In this document: positions 52,732-57,251 of the stretch, in pieces | Position numbering within the stretch: the stretch's first letter is position 1 | Layout: each line of letters begins with the position of its first letter | NCBI GenBank assembly: GCA_944350415.1 | Contig: CALVOY010000044.1 | Coordinates: 1-57,251, forward strand | Source: an uncultured Bacilli bacterium | Lineage (GTDB): Bacteria > Bacillota_I > Bacilli_A > RF39 > UBA660 | DNA length: 57,251 nucleotides | Reading direction: 5' to 3' | Made by a program: the position numbers and the translations under genes | Notes under the pieces: model-generated | Databases searched by the model: none | The model's input: only the letters and a program-made list of their open reading frames with translations | What the model was told of the DNA's origin: nothing

Positions 52732-52843
52732 AAAATCCAAAACCATCACTTATTATTTAAAAATATATGGAAAGATCTAATCAAAAGACTACAACTACCA
52801 TATAATCTTCAGTAAATAACATACTTTTGCTGCACGAATAATA

Positions 52844-54382
52844 TTATTTAGCTAACTCTTCTAATTTCTTCTCCTTATCAATTCTCATAAATAAAGCTTC
52901 TGGATTTCCTACTATATAGCTATTATCTTCTAAATACATTCTTTCTTCCCTCATATTATGAATTTGGCTTTTTATTTTTTCACTGGTCTCAGGTAAAAAT
53001 GGACTTAAGAAAATACCACATACACGGATAGATTCTAATAAATTATATAATACTGTTTCTAATCGATCTTTTTGCGTTTCATCTTTTGCTAGTACCCAAG
53101 GAGTAGCTTCATCAATATACTTATTACTCCTTCTTAATACTTCAAAAATTTCATCTAAAGCAGCACCAATTTCCAAATTATCCATTTTCTTTTCTACTTT
53201 TTCTTCTAAAGCATTCATCATGGAAATTAATTCATTATCATAATTCTCTGTTACTTTTCTATTGCAAACAGTACCATCAAAGTACTTATTTACCATAGAG
53301 ATTGTACGATTAACCAAATTTCCTAAAACATTAGCCAAATCACTATTAATTCTTTCAATCAATAACTCATAAGTTAAACTACCGTCTTGCTGATAAGGGA
53401 TTTCATGAAGTACATAATAGCGAACAGCATCTACACCAAAAGTATCTACTAAATCATCTGCATAAATCACATTGCCCTTCGATTTACTCATCTTGCCATC
53501 TCCTACCAATAACCAAGGATGACCAAATACTTGTTTAGGAAGTGGTAAATCTAAACTCATCAAGAAACAAGGCCAATAAATGGTATGAAAACGGATAATA
53601 TCTTTACCAATTAAATGTAAGTCAGCTGGCCAATATTTTTCAAACTCCTGACTACTACCATCTGGATCATAACCGATATTGGTAATATAGTTCGTAAGCG
53701 CATCTAACCAGACATAAACAACATGTTTAGAATCAAAATCGACTGGAATTCCCCAATTAAAAGAAGTACGAGAAACACATAAGTCTTGAAGTCCTGGTTT
53801 AATGAAGTTATTCATCATTTCATTTTTTCTAGACTCTGGTTTAATAAAGTCAGGATGAGTTTCAATATATTCTATTAATCGATCTTGATACTTAGATAAT
53901 CTAAAGAAATATGCCTCTTCGCTCTTAGGTTGAACATCTCTTCCACAATCAGGACACTTTCCATCTACCAATTGACTTTCTGTAAAAAAAGATTCACAAG
54001 GAGTACAGTAAAGACCTTCATATTTACCTAAATAAATATCTCCCTTCTCGTACATTTTTTTAAAGATTTTTTGAACGATTTCTTCATGATGTTTATCGGT
54101 TGTACGCACAAAACGATCGTAACTAGTATTCATAACATCCCAAATTCTTTTGATTTCCGTTGCCACTTCATCTACAAATTCCTGAGGAGATAGACCTTTT
54201 TCTTCAGCCTTAATTTGAATTTTTTCCCCATGCTCATCTGTACCAGTTTGAAAATAAACATCAAACCCTTTTAATCTTTTATAACGTGCAATTGCATCTG
54301 CTAACACAATTTCATAAGTATTTCCAATATGAGGTTTTCCTGAAGTATAAGCAATAGCCGTTGAAATATAATATTTTTCCAT
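52844..54382 (-). CDS. metG: Methionine--tRNA ligase (short form, without the C-terminal tRNA-binding domain)
   Basis: Contains MEKYYISTAIAYTSGKPHIGN, a zinc knuckle (CPDCG) and KMSKS. Start set at ATG 54382, 1 nt after the dut stop and behind AAGGA. Confidence 0.93.
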   Translation of the reverse strand: MEKYYISTAIAYTSGKPHIGNTYEIVLADAIARYKRLKGFDVYFQTGTDEHGEKIQIKAEEKGLSPQEFVDEVATEIKRIWDVMNTSYDRFVRTTDKHHEEIVQKIFKKMYEKGDIYLGKYEGLYCTPCESFFTESQLVDGKCPDCGRDVQPKSEEAYFFRLSKYQDRLIEYIETHPDFIKPESRKNEMMNNFIKPGLQDLCVSRTSFNWGIPVDFDSKHVVYVWLDALTNYITNIGYDPDGSSQEFEKYWPADLHLIGKDIIRFHTIYWPCFLMSLDLPLPKQVFGHPWLLVGDGKMSKSKGNVIYADDLVDTFGVDAVRYYVLHEIPYQQDGSLTYELLIERINSDLANVLGNLVNRTISMVNKYFDGTVCNRKVTENYDNELISMMNALEEKVEKKMDNLEIGAALDEIFEVLRRSNKYIDEATPWVLAKDETQKDRLETVLYNLLESIRVCGIFLSPFLPETSEKIKSQIHNMREERMYLEDNSYIVGNPEALFMRIDKEKKLEELAK

Positions 54383-54383
54383 T

Positions 54384-54872
54384 TTAATCATCCTTTCTAT
54401 CCGTAGAACCAATTCCACTAGTTCTAACAGTTTCTATTTTCTCTTCATCATCCACCGTTAAAAATGATACAAAAATACCCTGACAAATCTTGTCTCCTTT
54501 TGCAACAACATAATCCTTTTCTCCATGATTCTCTAACTGAACCCACATATGCCCTTCATTTTCAGAATTATTATAATAATCTTTATCAATCACACCAACT
54601 TGATTACACATTCGTACATTATATTTAAAACCTTGACTACTTCTAACTGTTAAAAGCAGTACTTCCCCACAATTCATATTTACCTTAATTCCTGTTGGAA
54701 TCTTTATAATTTTACCCGGCGATAAAACAAAATCTATAATCGATTCAAAATCATAACCCGCACTCTCCTTTGTGCTTCTTTTTGGAATATGATAAGACTC
54801 ATATAACTTTTTATCATCACATATATCCTTTTTAAACTGTTCAAAACTAATCTTTTCAAAATATCTTGCCAT
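54384..54872 (-). CDS. dut: dUTP diphosphatase (trimeric dUTPase family)
   Basis: Motifs SAGYDF, RSS, GVIDKDYY, KICQGIF and the C-terminal RTSGIGSTD are present. Start set at ATG 54872 (MARYFEK) behind GAAGGTGG. Confidence 0.8.
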   Translation of the reverse strand: MARYFEKISFEQFKKDICDDKKLYESYHIPKRSTKESAGYDFESIIDFVLSPGKIIKIPTGIKVNMNCGEVLLLTVRSSQGFKYNVRMCNQVGVIDKDYYNNSENEGHMWVQLENHGEKDYVVAKGDKICQGIFVSFLTVDDEEKIETVRTSGIGSTDRKDD

Positions 54873-54893
54873 AAACTCTACCACCTTCTAAAT

Positions 54894-55105
54894 AAAAAAA
54901 CGATGATTCATCTATAAGGACGAATCATCGCGGTACCACCTTAATTTATAAGTAAAACTTATACACTTAAACTCTTAACGCGAGTAACGTACAAACCTAA
55001 TATCGATTTATCAGTTCCAGAACCATCTATTATTGTTCCTCTATATCTACTTTCACCTAACTAGACTCTCTACAATAGATTTCCAATAACTCTTTCCTTC
55101 AAAAC
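54894..55105 (-). promoter_or_regulatory. T-box riboswitch leader with terminator/antiterminator
   Basis: The minus strand carries an AGAGA bulge and GGTGAAAG distal-loop elements. It also has the T-box sequence AATTAAGGTGGTACCGCG (54929-54946) and the terminator GCGATGATTCGTCC-TTAT-AGATGAATCATCG followed by T7 (54894-54931). Confidence 0.85.
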
Positions 55106-55118
55106 ATTTATGAAACAA

Positions 55119-55147
55119 ATTATAACACAGTTATAGCTATTCTTCAA
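55119..55147 (-). promoter_or_regulatory. Candidate promoter of the T-box-dut-metG unit
   Basis: TTGAAG-17 nt-TATAAT with an extended -10 TG (TGTTATAAT). The -35 overlaps the end of the spoVT-like ORF. Confidence 0.55.
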
Positions 55148-55655
55148 CTCTTTTTACTAAAATAGAGCTGATAAATCTTACTAAGTTTTTATCCTCTTCA
55201 CTAATATTCTGATCTACTAATATCACACTTCCTAATGTATCACTATTTACTAAAAGTGGTACTAAAAAGAAAGAAAAATCAGTTACCTCATCTATAATAA
55301 TGAAAGAACCATCTCTAGAATAAGATTCTTCTCTAGAATCAATTTTTTCTTTAATACTATTAGATAATTCTTTTCCTAAAAAATTACGGTTAAAACTTTT
55401 AGGTGCAGCAATAACCTTTTCTTTATTAGTAATCAAAATATTCTTATTATAAATTCTGGATACAGAGTCTACCAATACAAAGGCACTCTCTACCATATCA
55501 TCTAATAAGGAATATTTTTTTAAAATAATATCCCCATCATCTACAAAAATCTCTAAACTATCTCCCTCATTAATTTTAAAATTTCTTCTAATTTCTTTAG
55601 GAATCACAATTCTACCCAAATCATCAATTCTTCTAACAACGCCAGTTGCTTTCAT
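55137..55655 (-). CDS. spoVT: AbrB/SpoVT-family transcriptional regulator (SpoVT-like, with a C-terminal GAF-like domain)
   Basis: Contains MKATGVVRRIDDLGRIVIPKEIRRNFKINEGDSLEIF (SpoVT-AbrB swapped-hairpin domain) plus a C-terminal domain of about 120 aa. Length is about 172 aa, as for SpoVT. Confidence 0.8.
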   Translation of the reverse strand: MKATGVVRRIDDLGRIVIPKEIRRNFKINEGDSLEIFVDDGDIILKKYSLLDDMVESAFVLVDSVSRIYNKNILITNKEKVIAAPKSFNRNFLGKELSNSIKEKIDSREESYSRDGSFIIIDEVTDFSFFLVPLLVNSDTLGSVILVDQNISEEDKNLVRFISSILVKRVEE

Positions 55656-55731
55656 ATATAACCTTCTTTCTATCATTAGTGTTAGAAAAAATCTTAAGAT
55701 TATACAAAAAAAGTATAGATTTTAATCTATA

Positions 55732-56361
55732 CTAATGGTCTGTTGTTTTGGATGAAATCGCTTGAAAGCGCAAATAGCTTTCTTTCGCTTTATTAATTAA
55801 ATTATTATCACGCAACATAATCTCCATATGAATTTTAGTTTCGACTTTTCCATACAAACGATTTTTCAAATAATCTGCTATACGACTAAGTGTTAATTTT
55901 TCTTTTTCCTCATCTACATATTTTAAAATATACTGATTTAGCTTTTCTAATCCATATTTCTGAACATTTATAACACAATGTTTATTCAAATATTTTTTAA
56001 AATCTTTTGTAGTTCGCAAAACATGCTCATAATAGTCATTCAAAGCTGACTCTTCAAACTCTAGATGATCAATACTATTTTCTAATTCTTCTTTTTTAAT
56101 CATCAAAAATTTTTCTATTTCTCCATAACTAGAAGTCTTCATTTGATTAATAGCATCCGTTATAAATTTATCACTATGATAAATTCCAGAATCTTCATGA
56201 ATAGAAATAATATTTTTAATAGCAGTATCAAATTCTAAATTAAAGATATTAGTAATAGTATCTAATAAACTATTAATATTTTTTTCTAAATCATATTTTA
56301 AATTGTTAATAATAATAATTTTATTTTTCTCACGAAACATCTCTTTTAAATCTTTGTCCAT
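55732..56361 (-). CDS. Orphan 209-aa helical protein
   Basis: Long ORF rich in Lys, Glu and Asn. No TM and no recognised motif. Confidence 0.5.
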   Translation of the reverse strand: MDKDLKEMFREKNKIIIINNLKYDLEKNINSLLDTITNIFNLEFDTAIKNIISIHEDSGIYHSDKFITDAINQMKTSSYGEIEKFLMIKKEELENSIDHLEFEESALNDYYEHVLRTTKDFKKYLNKHCVINVQKYGLEKLNQYILKYVDEEKEKLTLSRIADYLKNRLYGKVETKIHMEIMLRDNNLINKAKESYLRFQAISSKTTDH

Positions 56362-56476
56362 GGTATCAATCCTTTTATTCTTAAAATAATCATAACAGTT
56401 TACAGAAATTTAGTCAAATTTTAAAAAAATATCGGATCATTTTACTGCTCTAAATAGGATATCATGATAAAAGAAA

Positions 56477-56923
56477 TTAATTAAAATCTCCAGTTCTAAG
56501 TTTTGTTAAAACTTTTTCTTTTCTCCCCTGTTCTTTTCTTTTGTAATCATTATGATGATATTGGATATCTCTACTATAAGCAATAGGCAACTGGTATAAA
56601 TCCGCCATTCCTTTACTATAAGAAATTAATTTATGATTCACCAAAAAATGAAAAATAGATGGATCAATTAAAAACTCTCTTGCTAATACTTTCTTAACTC
56701 GATAATCTAATGGTTTTAATAAGCGAACACCATGTTCATATCCTCCATTTTCAAAATAAACCCATAAGTCTGGTTTAATCAATAAACGGATAATATGATT
56801 AGGACAACTTTCTAAAGTAAAATAAGGCCTATCTGCATCATCTACTAATTGAAATGTATGAAAATTATTATCAAATGTTTCCACTACAATCTTTTTAGTA
56901 CCTTTTAACTCTAAATCTAACAT
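56477..56923 (-). CDS. Orphan protein of about 148 aa
   Basis: Start set at ATG 56923 (MLDLELKG...) behind AGGAGG. No recognised motif. Confidence 0.5.
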   Translation of the reverse strand: MLDLELKGTKKIVVETFDNNFHTFQLVDDADRPYFTLESCPNHIIRLLIKPDLWVYFENGGYEHGVRLLKPLDYRVKKVLAREFLIDPSIFHFLVNHKLISYSKGMADLYQLPIAYSRDIQYHHNDYKRKEQGRKEKVLTKLRTGDFN

Positions 56924-57251
56924 GAAATCCCTCCTATTATTTTTATATGCATAGATCAATATAGAAATTAAAAAACGAAGCTAAATAAATAAAGCTCTCG
57001 TTTACTCCCACTATGCACCAAAAAAGGTGCTCATTAAAAATATAACATTTTAATAAAATTGTCAAGTCAATACAGTAAAAAAGAGTAAAAATAAAAAATT
57101 AATAAAAAATAGATAGGATTTGGGAAAAACAAATTTTATCTATTTTTTTCTTCTCAAAACAATAAACTTTATATCACGACAAAAAGAACCAACAAAGGTT
57201 TAAAAAAAATTTTTTCAAAAAGTAGTGCTTTCAAAGAACAAATAGTGTATA

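Noticed and set aside
57108-57150. AAATAGAT...ATCTATTTTTTT inverted repeat near the window end as a + strand terminator.
   Set aside because: The loop is about 20 nt, the stem is AT-only, and no + strand gene ends nearby within the window. The evidence is insufficient.

Overview
AT-rich (by eye about 30% G+C) Firmicutes-type chromosomal segment that uses the standard genetic code. Almost every gene is on the minus strand. Gene order is collinear with the origin-proximal housekeeping region of Bacillus subtilis. Read along the minus strand (high to low coordinates): two orphan genes; a spoVT-like gene; a T-box leader with dut-metG; tatD; a yabE-like 3D-domain gene; an inserted SipW-type signal peptidase cluster with two tandem TasA-style secreted paralogs; rsmA, yabG, veg, spoVG, yabP, yabQ, divIC, tilS, ftsH, dusB; an RDD protein; lysS; a YfcC-like permease; clpC; cysS; a Zn-peptidase; mrnC, rlmB, a sigH-like sigma factor; a tail-anchored orphan; secE, nusG, rplK, rplA, the L10 leader, rplJ, rplL; a ybxB-like methyltransferase; rpoB, rpoC, rpsL, rpsG, fusA, tuf; femX-like (+ strand); murD, eno, tspO, secG, rnr. 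The sporulation genes (spoVT, yabG, yabP, yabQ, spoVG, sigH-like) indicate a spore-former. I saw no rRNA, tRNA, CRISPR array, transposase or integrase. The most unusual signals are: (1) a 13-nt G homopolymer filling the spacer between a perfect TTGACA and a perfect TATAAT, directly upstream of an orphan 390-aa coiled-coil protein wedged between rpoC and rpsL, which predicts a phase-variable promoter; (2) three lineage-specific genes interrupting the highly conserved secE-to-tuf superoperon at operon junctions, two of which share an SSGKLD motif; (3) a SipW-dependent secreted-protein operon of unknown function between the yabE-like gene and rsmA; (4) a T-box leader in front of dut-metG whose specifier codon cannot be assigned by eye; (5) two decayed genes, a GNAT with two in-frame stops and an ABC ATPase 3' stump. 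All functional calls rest on motif and synteny recognition by eye. No database search was run.
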